From positions 2,912,001 through 2,976,000 of the forward strand of contig OZ245002.1 of assembly GCA_965223415.1 (NCBI GenBank): a stretch of DNA of 64,000 nt, read 5' to 3'. The stretch's first letter is position 1; each line of letters opens with the position of its first letter. This document shows, one piece after another, positions 40,264 through 51,536 of the stretch. A program made the position numbers and the translations under genes. Below the pieces are notes generated by a model. The model searched no databases, had not been told where the DNA came from, and was given only the letters and a program-made list of their open reading frames with translations. The stretch comes from Myxococcota bacterium. Lineage in GTDB: Bacteria; Myxococcota_A; UBA9160; UBA6930.

Positions 40264-41061
40264 ATGCAGACGTCACGTCGGAGTTCCTGGATCTGGGTGA
40301 CGATTCTCCTCGTCTCGGTATCGGCCGGGCGGGCAGCCCGCGCGGACTCCCATCTGAACTGCTCGGCCTATGCCGGCATGGCCGTCTCGCAGCAGGAGCA
40401 GAACGTTGCGCAGGCCTGTGGCTTCACCGGAGGCGCATGGTCTACGGACTTCCAGGCCCACTTCACGTGGTGCAACACCAGTGCCCAGATGGCCGACCTC
40501 GTCCGTGAGGACGAGGCGCGCAAGCAAGCCCTGGCCCAGTGCGCCAACAAGCCGAAGCTCGACCAGGCGATCTGCCAGGAGTATTCGGCCAACGCAGTGC
40601 TGCAGGCCCGCATGGCCGAGCAGGCGAAATGCGGCCTGAAGGGCGGCCGATGGTCCGAGGACTATGGGCCGCATTTCGACTGGTGTTTCGGGGCCCCTCG
40701 GGCGCAGCGCGATCTCGAGGCCCAGGCCCGCGAGTCCGAGCTGTCGGGCTGTCTGGCGGTGAGGAAGTCGGACCAGGAAACCCGTTGTCTGGCCTATGCG
40801 GAGGCTGCGGTGCTCCAGAACGAAGACAACCTGGCGCGGAGCTGCGGGTTCGACGGCGGGCGCTGGAGCGCTGACTCGCCGGGCCACTTCAGCTGGTGCA
40901 TGGGCGTGCCCGAATCCGCCTCAGCGGCCGAAGGAGACGCGCGCAACGCCGCCCTGCGGGACAGCTGCAAGAAGGCGAAGAAGACGACCTGCTGGACCGA
41001 GACCAAGCCGGCGGTCGGGATTCCGCCCTGGCGCGTCGTGCGGCACTGCAAGACGCAGTGA
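40264..41061 (+). CDS. Secreted cysteine-rich protein with three tandem repeats
   Basis: Three copies of C..Y...AV.Q........CG..GG.WS.D...HF.WC...R...L..C; signal peptide. Confidence 0.8.
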   Translation: MQTSRRSSWIWVTILLVSVSAGRAARADSHLNCSAYAGMAVSQQEQNVAQACGFTGGAWSTDFQAHFTWCNTSAQMADLVREDEARKQALAQCANKPKLDQAICQEYSANAVLQARMAEQAKCGLKGGRWSEDYGPHFDWCFGAPRAQRDLEAQARESELSGCLAVRKSDQETRCLAYAEAAVLQNEDNLARSCGFDGGRWSADSPGHFSWCMGVPESASAAEGDARNAALRDSCKKAKKTTCWTETKPAVGIPPWRVVRHCKTQ

Positions 41062-41159
41062 TCGCGCCGGCCCGGTCGGGAGCTGAGGCACGGGCGGCCC
41101 GCCTGGGGCGGACCGCCCCAGACCGCGGCCTTGCGCCGCGCCTGCCGCCGGTGGAGCGG

Positions 41160-41175
41160 CGGCGCGTGCCTTGCA
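41160..41175 (+). promoter_or_regulatory. Sigma-54 (-24/-12) promoter
   Basis: CGGCGCGTGCCTTGCA upstream of gdhA. Confidence 0.65.
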
Positions 41176-41200
41176 GAGTCGCCTCCCCGAGGAGCAACGC

Positions 41201-42586
41201 ATGTCGGAGCCCATCCCGGGCGGCGCGGCCAGCGAGGTCGGCCCGGAGGATCTGAACCCCTACCACATGGCCCAGGCCCAGTTCGACCTGGCCAGCAGCT
41301 ACCTGCCGCGGCTCAAGACGGGCCTGATCGACTTCTTCAAGCGGCCGCGCCAGACGCTCACGGTCGAGTTCCCGGTGCTCACCGAGGAAGGCGACGTGCG
41401 CATGTTCACCGGCCATCGGGTGCTGCACAGCCGCATCCGCGGGCCCGGCAAGGGCGGCCTCCGCTACCACCCGGACACGAACGCCGACGAGGTGCGCGCG
41501 CTGGCTTCCTGGATGACCTGGAAGTGCGCCGTGGTGGACGTCCCGTTCGGCGGCGCCAAGGGCGGCGTGGCCTGCGATCCGAAGCAGCTCGACGAGGCCG
41601 ACCTGCGGCGGATCACCCGCCGCTACATCTCGGAGCTCGGCGACTTCATCGGTCCTCAGACCGATATCCCCGCGCCGGACATGAACACCGACGCCCAGAC
41701 CATGGCGTGGGTGTACGACACCTACAATGCGCTCCACCCAGGCGTGAACAACCTGCCGGTGGTGACCGGGAAGCCGCTCGACATCGGCGGCTGTCAGGGG
41801 CGCGACGAGGCCACGGGGCGGGGCCTTCTCTATGTCACCCAGGCCGTGCTCGACCGGGAGCTCCTGCCGGGCCGCAGCTCGCTGAGCGGTGCCGACGTGG
41901 TCATCCAGGGATGGGGGAACGTCGGCACCCACGTGGCGGAGCTCTTCCGGGAGGAAGGCGCGCGGATCATCGCGGTCGCGGATTCCCAGGGCGGCATCGT
42001 CAACAAGGAAGGCCTCGACGTCGAAGCGGTGCGGGAGCACCGGGGAGAGATGGGAACGGTCGTCGGCCTGGCCGGCACGGCCACGGTCACCAACGAGCAG
42101 CTCCTCGAGCTGCCGTGCGACGTGCTCGTTCCCGCCGCGGTCGGCGGACAGATCCGTCGCGACAACGCGCCCCTCGTGGCCGCCAAGATGATCGTCGAAG
42201 GCGCGAACGGCCCGGTCACGCCGGCCGCGGACCGCATCTTGACGGAGCGGGGGATTCCGGTGGTTCCCGACATCCTCGCGAACGCCGGCGGCGTCGTGGT
42301 CAGCTACTTCGAGTGGGTCCAGAACTCCGAGAACCAGCAGTGGGACCTGGAGGACGTGCACACGAAGCTGCACACGCGCATCACCCGCGCCGCCGAGGCG
42401 GTGCTGGACAAGCAGCAGCAGCTCGTGCGCGACCTCCCGGCCATCCGGGAGGCTCTCGACGGGGTTCGCGCGAAGCACCCCGTTCCCGAGGTCCCGCTGG
42501 ATCCGGTCACGCTGCGCTCGGCGGCGTACGTGCTGGCGATCGAGCGGGTCGCCAGCGTCGCGCTGGCGCGCGGGATCTGGCCCTAG
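41201..42586 (+). CDS. gdhA: Glu/Leu/Phe/Val dehydrogenase (glutamate dehydrogenase type)
   Basis: GPGKGGLRY, MTWKCA, GGAKGG, DIPAPD, VTGKP, EGANGP, NAGGV..SYFEW. Confidence 0.93.
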   Translation: MSEPIPGGAASEVGPEDLNPYHMAQAQFDLASSYLPRLKTGLIDFFKRPRQTLTVEFPVLTEEGDVRMFTGHRVLHSRIRGPGKGGLRYHPDTNADEVRALASWMTWKCAVVDVPFGGAKGGVACDPKQLDEADLRRITRRYISELGDFIGPQTDIPAPDMNTDAQTMAWVYDTYNALHPGVNNLPVVTGKPLDIGGCQGRDEATGRGLLYVTQAVLDRELLPGRSSLSGADVVIQGWGNVGTHVAELFREEGARIIAVADSQGGIVNKEGLDVEAVREHRGEMGTVVGLAGTATVTNEQLLELPCDVLVPAAVGGQIRRDNAPLVAAKMIVEGANGPVTPAADRILTERGIPVVPDILANAGGVVVSYFEWVQNSENQQWDLEDVHTKLHTRITRAAEAVLDKQQQLVRDLPAIREALDGVRAKHPVPEVPLDPVTLRSAAYVLAIERVASVALARGIWP

Positions 42587-42611
42587 GCACACACCCGAAC
42601 CAGGAGGTCCC

Positions 42612-44363
42612 ATGGGCTCCATCACCGGCGGCGAGCTCGTCGCCCGCATGCTCGCAACGGAAGGTGTCGAGGTGGTGTTCGGCATCATCGACGGCACCTA
42701 CTTCGGGCTCACCTCGAGCCTCGACCAGCACGGCATCCGGCTCGTCTCGCCGCGCCACGAGAGCACCGCGGCCCACATGGCCGGCGCCTACGCCCGCAGC
42801 AGCGGACGCCTCGGCGTGTGCCTGGCGAGCAACGGCCCCGGCGCGGCCAACGTGCTGCCCGGCATCGCCGTGGAGAACGGCGAGGGCAACCGCGTGCTCG
42901 TGCTCACGAGCTGGCGACGCGCACCGATCGTCGGGCCGGACCGGGGCGGCACCTACCAGTACTTCGACCAGCTCGCGGTGACGAAGCCGATGACCAAGTG
43001 GTCCGGAGCCGCCACCACCTTCGAGCGCATCCCCGAGGCCCTGCGTCGCGCGTTTCGCGTCTCCTTCCAGGGGCGGCCGGGTGTCGTGCACGTGACCATT
43101 CCGGAGGACGTGCTGAACGGCGCCTGCGAGGCGGAGCCCGAGGTGCGGGCGCCGGCGCGCTACCGGCGGGTGGAGCCCGTGCGGCCGTCGCCGGAGCAGG
43201 TGCGCGAGACGGCGGACCTGCTGGCAGCGGCGAAGGCACCGCTCCTCCAGGTGGGCAGCGGCGCCGTGCACGCCGGCGCCGGCGACCGCGTGGCGGAGCT
43301 GGCGAAGCGCCTGTGCGCACCGATCACCTCGAGCTGGGGCGGACGCCCGGCGGTCGACGAACGCCTTCCGAATGCGATCCCCATCCTCCCGCCCCTGATC
43401 GACCAGGTGCGCACCGGTGCCGACGTCGTGCTCGCGCTCGGCAGCCGCTTCGGTGAGACCGACTGGTGGGGGAAGGAGCCCTACTGGGGCCCGCCGGAGC
43501 GCCAGAAGCTCGTGCAGGTGGACGTGGACGAGGCCGTGCTCGGCCTGAACAAGCCGGTGGACCTGCCGGTCGTCGCCGACGTCGGCGCGTTCCTGGACGC
43601 GCTCCTCGCCGAGCTCGAGAGCCGTGAGCCCCCGGCGGGCCTGGCCGCGCGGGAGGCGAGGCTCGAGGAGTACGTCGGCACGAAGACCGGGCTGCGCACG
43701 TTCCTGCGCAGCGCACCGAACCCGCCGGACGAAGCGCCCCTTCACACGGCTCACGTGCCCCTGCTCTGCCGGGAGTTCTTCGACGACGACGCGGTGCTCG
43801 TGATCGACGGCGGCAACACCGCCGTGTGGACGAACCTCTATCACGAGAACCGGGTGCCGGGCTGTCTGCTCAGCACCTTCAAGTTCGGGATGCTGGGCGC
43901 CGGCGTGGGTCAGGCCCTCGGCGCGAAGGTCGCCCACCCGGATCGGCAGGTCTACTGCATCCTCGGGGACGGAGCGATGGGCTTTCATCCCCAGGAGGTC
44001 GAGACTGCCGTGCGCTGCGACCTCCCCATCGTCTTCCTGGTGCTGTGCGACGGCGCGTGGGGGATGGTGAAGTTCGGCCAGAGCATGGCGCTGGACCCGG
44101 ACCAGATGGCCGAGAAGCGTATGCTGCCGAAGGGCAAGACGCTGAACACGGACTTCCACGACGTTCGCTTCGACAAGCTGGCGGAGAGCATGGGCGCCCA
44201 CGGCGAGCGGGTGGCGCGGGCCGACGAGCTCGTGACAGCCCTCGAGCGCAGTGTCGCGAGCGGGCGGCCCGCGGTGATCCACGTGGACGTGGATCCGGTC
44301 GCCCACCTCTGGGCCCCCGGGCTCGACGTGTTCAAGAAGATGCACCTGGAGCCGGGCGCATGA
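42612..44363 (+). CDS. Thiamine pyrophosphate-dependent enzyme (acetolactate synthase-like superfamily)
   Basis: RHE..A.HMA, GPGAAN, GDGAMGF TPP motif. Confidence 0.9.
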   Translation: MGSITGGELVARMLATEGVEVVFGIIDGTYFGLTSSLDQHGIRLVSPRHESTAAHMAGAYARSSGRLGVCLASNGPGAANVLPGIAVENGEGNRVLVLTSWRRAPIVGPDRGGTYQYFDQLAVTKPMTKWSGAATTFERIPEALRRAFRVSFQGRPGVVHVTIPEDVLNGACEAEPEVRAPARYRRVEPVRPSPEQVRETADLLAAAKAPLLQVGSGAVHAGAGDRVAELAKRLCAPITSSWGGRPAVDERLPNAIPILPPLIDQVRTGADVVLALGSRFGETDWWGKEPYWGPPERQKLVQVDVDEAVLGLNKPVDLPVVADVGAFLDALLAELESREPPAGLAAREARLEEYVGTKTGLRTFLRSAPNPPDEAPLHTAHVPLLCREFFDDDAVLVIDGGNTAVWTNLYHENRVPGCLLSTFKFGMLGAGVGQALGAKVAHPDRQVYCILGDGAMGFHPQEVETAVRCDLPIVFLVLCDGAWGMVKFGQSMALDPDQMAEKRMLPKGKTLNTDFHDVRFDKLAESMGAHGERVARADELVTALERSVASGRPAVIHVDVDPVAHLWAPGLDVFKKMHLEPGA

Positions 44364-45307
44364 CCTCGGTGCTCGTGACCGGGGCCTCGGGCCTGATCGG
44401 CCGGCAGGTGGTGGCGCAGCTCGCGGCGGAGCCGGAGGTGTTCTCGCGCATCGTCGCCATGGACGTTCGCGATCCGGGCTCGGCCCAGGAGCCGGGCGTC
44501 ACCCACCTGAAGGGCGACATCCGCGAGCCGGGGCTCGACAAGGTGCTGCGCAAGCACGGCGTGGAGTGCGTCGTCCACCTGGCGGCGGTCGTGACGCCGG
44601 GGCCGGACAGCAGCCGCGAGCTGGAGCACTCGATCGACGTAGTGGGCTCCGAGAACGTGCTGCGGGCATGCCTCGAGGCCGGCGTGCGCCAGCTCGTCTA
44701 CACCAGCAGCGGCGCGGCCTACGGCTACCACGCGGACAACCCGGTCCCTCTGGGCGAGGACGCTCCGCTGCGCGGCAATCCGGAATTCGCCTACTCGGAC
44801 CACAAGCGCCTGGTCGAAGAGATGCTGGCCCGCGCCCGCGAGGAGCATCCAGAGCTCGCTCAGCTGATCTTCCGACCCGGCACCATCCTGGGCGAGAGCG
44901 TGCGCAACCCGATCACCGCGATCTTCGAGCGGCCGGTGGTGGTGGGCGTGCGCGGCTCCGACGCGCCGTTCGTGATCATCTGGGACGAGGACGTGGCCGC
45001 TGCCATCGTGAAGGGCATCCGCGAGCAGCGTAGTGGGATCTACAACCTGACCGGGGACGGGACGATCACGCTCCCGGAGATCGCGCGACGGCTGGGCAAG
45101 CCCTACCTGCCGATCCCCGCGCCGCTCCTGGCCGGCGCCCTCCGCGTGGCCCGCACCCTCGGCCTCACCCAGCTGGGTCCGGAGCAGGTGCGCTTCCTGC
45201 GCTACCGGCCCGTGCTCTCGAACGAGCGGCTGAAGCAGGAGTACGGCTTCACGCCGGGCGCCACCAGCGAGGGCTGCTTCGAGCGCTACCGCGCGCGGGT
45301 GTCGTGA
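44360..45307 (+). CDS. Extended SDR / NAD-dependent epimerase
   Basis: TGASGLIG, HLAA, SSGAAYG, YSDHK. Confidence 0.9.
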   Translation: MTSVLVTGASGLIGRQVVAQLAAEPEVFSRIVAMDVRDPGSAQEPGVTHLKGDIREPGLDKVLRKHGVECVVHLAAVVTPGPDSSRELEHSIDVVGSENVLRACLEAGVRQLVYTSSGAAYGYHADNPVPLGEDAPLRGNPEFAYSDHKRLVEEMLARAREEHPELAQLIFRPGTILGESVRNPITAIFERPVVVGVRGSDAPFVIIWDEDVAAAIVKGIREQRSGIYNLTGDGTITLPEIARRLGKPYLPIPAPLLAGALRVARTLGLTQLGPEQVRFLRYRPVLSNERLKQEYGFTPGATSEGCFERYRARVS

Positions 45308-46074
45308 GCGGCGCGCGGGTCGTCGTCACCGGCGCCGCCGGCGGCATCGGCGCGGCCGTGGCGGAGCGCTACGCGCGGGAGGGCGCGCGGGTCGCCCTGC
45401 TCGACCGGGAGGAGACACGGCCCCCGTCGCCGGACGGGCTCGCCCTGCGCTGCGACGTGACCCGCGAGGACGAGTGCCGGAAGGCCATCGACGAGGCGAC
45501 CCTGGCCTTCGGCGGACTGGACGTGCTCGTGAACAACGCCGGCGTGACCCACCTGAGCGCCTTCGAAGAGACCGACGTGAAGGTGCTGCGCCGCGTGATG
45601 GACGTGAACTTCTTCGGCGCCGTGCACTGCACGAAGGCGGCGCTCCCCGCCCTGCTCCAGGCCCGCGGGCAGGTGATCGCCCTTTCCAGCGTCGCTGGCT
45701 TCGCCCCGCTCGTGGGACGCACCGGCTACGCCGCCAGCAAGCACGCCCTGCACGGCTTCTTCGACTCCCTGCGGGCGGAGTTCGGCGACCGCGGGCTGCG
45801 AGTGATGCTCGTCTGTCCGTCCTTCGTGGACACGGCGATCGGCGCGCACGCCCTCGGCGGCGACGGCGGCCCTGCTCCGGTGGGCGCGCGAACCGGCGTA
45901 CGGCACCCCCTCGCCCCGGAGCAGGTGGCAGACGCCATCGTCCACGCGGCCGCCCGCAACCGGCGGCTGCTCTTGATTCCGCGCGAGGCCCGCCTGGCCT
46001 GGTGGATGGCACGCCTCCTACCCGTCCTCTACGAACGCCTGATGATCCGGCGGACACGAGCGGAAGGCCCTTGA
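45304..46074 (+). CDS. Classical SDR oxidoreductase
   Basis: TGAAGGIG, NNAG, YAASK. Confidence 0.92.
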   Translation: MSGARVVVTGAAGGIGAAVAERYAREGARVALLDREETRPPSPDGLALRCDVTREDECRKAIDEATLAFGGLDVLVNNAGVTHLSAFEETDVKVLRRVMDVNFFGAVHCTKAALPALLQARGQVIALSSVAGFAPLVGRTGYAASKHALHGFFDSLRAEFGDRGLRVMLVCPSFVDTAIGAHALGGDGGPAPVGARTGVRHPLAPEQVADAIVHAAARNRRLLLIPREARLAWWMARLLPVLYERLMIRRTRAEGP

Positions 46075-47420
46075 GCGAGCGGGAGGAGGCCCTCCCTCGC
46101 CACGTGAAGAGCGGCTACGCGCTGGGCGACCACACCATCAACGTCCAGCTCGCTTCTGTCTCCCTCTTCTTCCTGTTCTTCCTGACGGAGGTGGCCGGGC
46201 TCGCGCCGTCGCAGGCCGGGCTCGTCCTGCTGCTGGGCCGCGCGGTCGACGCTTTCACGGATCCGCTGATGGGCCGCATCTCCGACGCCACCCGCTGGAA
46301 GCTCGGCCGCCGGCGGCCCTGGTTCCTGATCGGCGCGCTTCCGTTCGGGCTGAGCTTCGCGCTTCTCTGGTCGCCGAGCGGCCTCGAGCGCGAGGCCGCG
46401 GTCTTCGCCTTCTACGCGCTCGTGTACGTGGCGAACACCCTGTGCTCGACGCTCCTCGCCGTACCCTACGTCGCGCTGCTTCCCGAGCTGGTCCTGGGCT
46501 ACGACGAACGCACCTCGATGAACACCTTCCGCTCGGTGGTGGTGATGGCGGCCATCCTGCTGACCGCCGTGGGGATGCCCGCGCTGGTTGGCGCCTTCGG
46601 AGGGGGCGCCGAAGGCTACGCCGGCGCCGGGCTGGTGCTCGGCGTGTGGGTGGCGTTGCCCTGGCTCGTGGTCTTCGGCGTCACCTGGGAGCGGCCCGGG
46701 TTCCGCCGGCCCGGTGGGCAGGGCCTGGCGGCGGGCCTGCGCGAGCTCGCCGGCCACCGCACCTACTGCATCCTGGCGGCGCTCTTCGTCTCCGCGCGCA
46801 TCGCCGTGGACGTGAGCGGCGCCATGTTGCTCTTCTACTTCACCCATTGGCTGGGCCGCGGCGAGGACTTCCCCTTCGCGATGGGCGCCATGCTCGGTGC
46901 CGTGATCCTCTCCCTTCCGCTGTGGCTCCATCTCGCCCGCAAGCTCGACAAGCGCACCATCTTCGTCACCGGTGCGCTCTGGTGGAGCGTGGGCTCGATC
47001 GGCGTGCTGCTCTGCCAGCCGCACCACGGCCGCGGCCTCGTGCTCCTGCTCTTCGCCTTCTGCGGCGTCGGCTATGCGGTGGCCGACCTGATCCCCTGGT
47101 CGATGCTCGGCGACGTGATCGACGAAGGCGAGCTGAGGAGCGGCGAGCGCAAGGAGGGCCTCTACGGCGGCTTTTTCACCTTCCTGCGCAAGCTCGGAGG
47201 CGCGCTCGGCGTCGCCGCCGCCGGCTTCATCCTCGACGCCGCCGGCTTCCTGCGCGGCGGCGCGGCCCAGAGCGAGACCGCGCTCTCCGCGATCCGCTGG
47301 CTCACCGCGATCGGCCCGATGGCGTTCCTGCTCCTCGCGGCCTGGATCGCGCTCCGCTACCCGCTGACCCGCGCGCGGCACGAGGGGGTCCTCGCCGAGC
47401 TGGCCGGGCGGCGGGGCTGA
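46071..47420 (+). CDS. MFS transporter, GPH (MelB-like) family
   Basis: DAFTDPLMGRISD, GRRRPW, ERTSM, RKEGLY. Confidence 0.9.
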   Translation: MSEREEALPRHVKSGYALGDHTINVQLASVSLFFLFFLTEVAGLAPSQAGLVLLLGRAVDAFTDPLMGRISDATRWKLGRRRPWFLIGALPFGLSFALLWSPSGLEREAAVFAFYALVYVANTLCSTLLAVPYVALLPELVLGYDERTSMNTFRSVVVMAAILLTAVGMPALVGAFGGGAEGYAGAGLVLGVWVALPWLVVFGVTWERPGFRRPGGQGLAAGLRELAGHRTYCILAALFVSARIAVDVSGAMLLFYFTHWLGRGEDFPFAMGAMLGAVILSLPLWLHLARKLDKRTIFVTGALWWSVGSIGVLLCQPHHGRGLVLLLFAFCGVGYAVADLIPWSMLGDVIDEGELRSGERKEGLYGGFFTFLRKLGGALGVAAAGFILDAAGFLRGGAAQSETALSAIRWLTAIGPMAFLLLAAWIALRYPLTRARHEGVLAELAGRRG

Positions 47421-47563
47421 GGACGGCCCCCACCTTCGTCGCAGCCACCCTGCTCGGTGAGCCGATCATGGCCCTGCCGGCCGCGGTCTACGCCGCGTGG
47501 AGGCTGCCCGCCGCCCTGGCCATCGGCGCCCTGCGCATGCACCTCGGCCGCGATTTCGCCTGA
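47417..47563 (+). pseudogene. Remnant resembling the last TM helices of a bile acid:sodium symporter
   Basis: FVAATLLGEPIMALPAAVY with no start codon or N-terminal part. Confidence 0.4.
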
Positions 47564-47866
47564 CCGGGCTCGCGTGCACGCGCCGCCGCGCCCGCCGCCG
47601 AAGTGGAGGATGACGGAGGGGCCTGCGAGCGCCGCGGGCACCCGATGCGTGGCGCGTGGCCTCGCTGTGCGGCGCCCGCAGGCCCCGGGGAACGCGCTTC
47701 AGGATCGAACGGTCCCCGGCGAAACGCGGTGACGGAACTCACCGCGGGTGCTCGTCTGCGTACGGCCGGTTCGAAAGGGGACGCCACCACCGGCGCTCCC
47801 CTCCCGCGGCACCCGCATGCTTCTCGCACGCCGGACTTCGTCGGGGCGCTTTCGCCCCAGGCGCCC

Positions 47867-47882
47867 GGGCACGCGGATTGCT
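47867..47882 (+). promoter_or_regulatory. Sigma-54 (-24/-12) promoter
   Basis: GGGCACGCGGATTGCT, 28 nt upstream of ATG 47911. Confidence 0.75.
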
Positions 47883-48616
47883 CTACGGGGAGTCAGGACG
47901 GAGCCCCCCGATGCGCGCGGCGCACAGCGAGAACATCCTCGAGACCCTGCGAGCCGGTGGTGCCCGACCCGGCGGCCCGGAATCCCTCGCCTCTCTCCTC
48001 GCCGACGTGTCACTCCTGGCGCGCACGGGACCCCGTGACCGATTCGTGGAGCGCTATCTCGTCGCCGGCGCGCCCATCGTCGACCGGGTCGCCTTCCGGC
48101 TCCGCGCGGCCGCGGCGGAGCTCCGGGTCTCGGTGGCGACACGCGTGTCGTCGACGCGGCCGCTCCTGATCGACCCGTGGCGCGTGGAGCGGGGCCTGAT
48201 CGGTCTGGCGCTGGCCGTCCTCGCGGCCAGCTCCGGTCGGCCCTCGGCGCTGCGCATCGGCTTCGAGCGACGCGGCGATGCCGGGGCGTTCCGTGCGACG
48301 TCCTGCCCGCAGGCAGCCGGCGGGGTCGCGGACCCCTCGGCGCCCTCGGCCGACTCCGCGGCCCTGGGCCTGCTCGCCGCCGGACGTGCGGCGGAGGCCC
48401 ACGGCGGCTGGGTGGCCCTCTCCCTCGAACCTGAAAGAGAACTGAATCTCTGGCTTCCGGCCGATCCGGAGGCGTTTCGGAGCCCTTCCGGGTTCGCGGC
48501 GTCTCCTCACGACTTGCCGTGCAGGCCCTGGAACCGAGAAGGTGTGAGAGGTCACACAAGTCGGTGTTGGGGGGCAGGGTCTGCACGGCTCCTGGGGGGG
48601 AAGGACGGGGACCTCA

Positions 48617-50011
<1,395 letters not shown>

Positions 50012-51536
50012 CCCTGATCCGGCATTGCGAGGTGTAGGGAAAGCCCGGAATTGAAAGTGGCTCCGTCGGTGTGCTTGATGGAAGTGCCAACCACCATCAT
50101 GCCTCCGAGGAGCCACATTCGTGAAGCTAAGCAGACACCGGATTCGAGCCCGCGTCAAGGGCGAATTGTCGATCGCCTTCACGGATGAGGCGCTGACGAG
50201 CTACGGCGGGCTGGAGCTGTTCCGGCGCTTCTTCGACCGCTTTTGGGCAGAGCGCCTGAAAGCGGCCTTTGCGGATCGGGCGTTCGACTCGGACTACGGA
50301 TCCTTCCGCTGCATGCTGGTGGTGGTGGGGATGCTGCTGCTGGGAGGGAGCCGTCTCTCGCATGTCCGGGTGCTCGATCGGGATCCGTTGTTTCGGCGGT
50401 TCGTCCGATTGCAGCGGCTTCCGGACGAGCGGACCCTGGCGAGGAACCTGAAGGAGCTGACGTCGGGCTACCGCGATCGTCTGAACGAACTGCTGCGGGA
50501 CATGGCCTATGGAACCCACACAGGGCTCGGCTTGGAGCGGGCCACGATCGAGCTGGACGGCACCGTGCTTCGGACGGGCGAGTACGTGGACGGCGCCGAG
50601 CGCGGCTTCAACCCACATCACCCGAAGGACCCGTCCTACTACCCGCTGACGGCGCACCTGGCGCAGACGAGCCAGCTGCTCGGCGTATGGAACCGGCCGG
50701 GCAATGTGAACGATGCGGTGGGCGCTGCGGAGAAGCTGGCCTTTCTCCTGGGCGACGCGAAGCGGCGCCTCGATCGGGTCCCGATCGAGGTGCGGCTCGA
50801 TGGCGCCTTCTTCCAGAAGGCCGTTCTCGAGGTTCTCACGGCCTCTCGCGTGGAGTACGCCCTCAAGGTCCCCATGTGGCGCTGGCTCGGCGTGCGTGAG
50901 AAGATCGCCGCCCGGAAGCGTTGGCACCGCGTCAACGCGAGCGTCGACGCCTTCTCCGTCGTCCACCGGATCCCACAGTGGAAGCGCTGCGAGCGGATCG
51001 TGGTGTTCCGCAAGAAGGTCTCCGGGCGAAGCGCGAAGAACTTCCAGCTCGACCTCTTCACCCCGGACGATGGCCACTACGAGTACTCGATGGTCGCGAC
51101 GAACAAGCGGACCAGCGAGGCCGCCGTCTGGGCCTTCATGGCCGGACGCGGCGGCCACGAGAAGACGCTGGCCGAGCTCAAACAGCACCTGGCGTTCGCC
51201 ACCATCCCGACCCAGGACTGGGACGCCAACAGCAACTGGCAGCTGCTCAGTGCCCTGACCCACAACCTGGTGCGGGACTTCCAAGCCACGCTTGGCCTGC
51301 CAGAGCGACCCAACGGCCGAAAGCGGACCGCCCGGCTCCGCTTCCCCTCGCTCCGCACGCTCCGCTTCGAGCTGATCCAGCTCCCTGGCCGCATCGCTCG
51401 GCCTGCCGGACGCGCTTCGCTCCGAATCGCCGCGTCCTCGCGCAGCCGCTCCACCATCCGGGCCGCCGAGACCGCGCTCGCCGCGTGAGCCCGCCAGACC
51501 TACGCTCGGATCCGTGATCTCAATGCCGGATCAGGG
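50012..51536 (+). mobile_element. Complete IS1380-family insertion sequence (1525 bp)
   Basis: 16-bp terminal inverted repeats CCCTGATCCGGCATTG; CTAG duplicated at 50008-50011 and 51537-51540. Confidence 0.92.
50121..51488 (+). CDS. IS1380 family DDE transposase
   Basis: LTSYGGL, IELDGT, YYPL, RPGN, VRLDGAF, RGGHEKTLAELK. Confidence 0.93.
   Translation: MKLSRHRIRARVKGELSIAFTDEALTSYGGLELFRRFFDRFWAERLKAAFADRAFDSDYGSFRCMLVVVGMLLLGGSRLSHVRVLDRDPLFRRFVRLQRLPDERTLARNLKELTSGYRDRLNELLRDMAYGTHTGLGLERATIELDGTVLRTGEYVDGAERGFNPHHPKDPSYYPLTAHLAQTSQLLGVWNRPGNVNDAVGAAEKLAFLLGDAKRRLDRVPIEVRLDGAFFQKAVLEVLTASRVEYALKVPMWRWLGVREKIAARKRWHRVNASVDAFSVVHRIPQWKRCERIVVFRKKVSGRSAKNFQLDLFTPDDGHYEYSMVATNKRTSEAAVWAFMAGRGGHEKTLAELKQHLAFATIPTQDWDANSNWQLLSALTHNLVRDFQATLGLPERPNGRKRTARLRFPSLRTLRFELIQLPGRIARPAGRASLRIAASSRSRSTIRAAETALAA

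Noticed and set aside
47807..47821. Second sigma-54-like motif CGGCACCCGCATGCT
   Set aside because: GG-to-GC spacing is 9 rather than the required 10.
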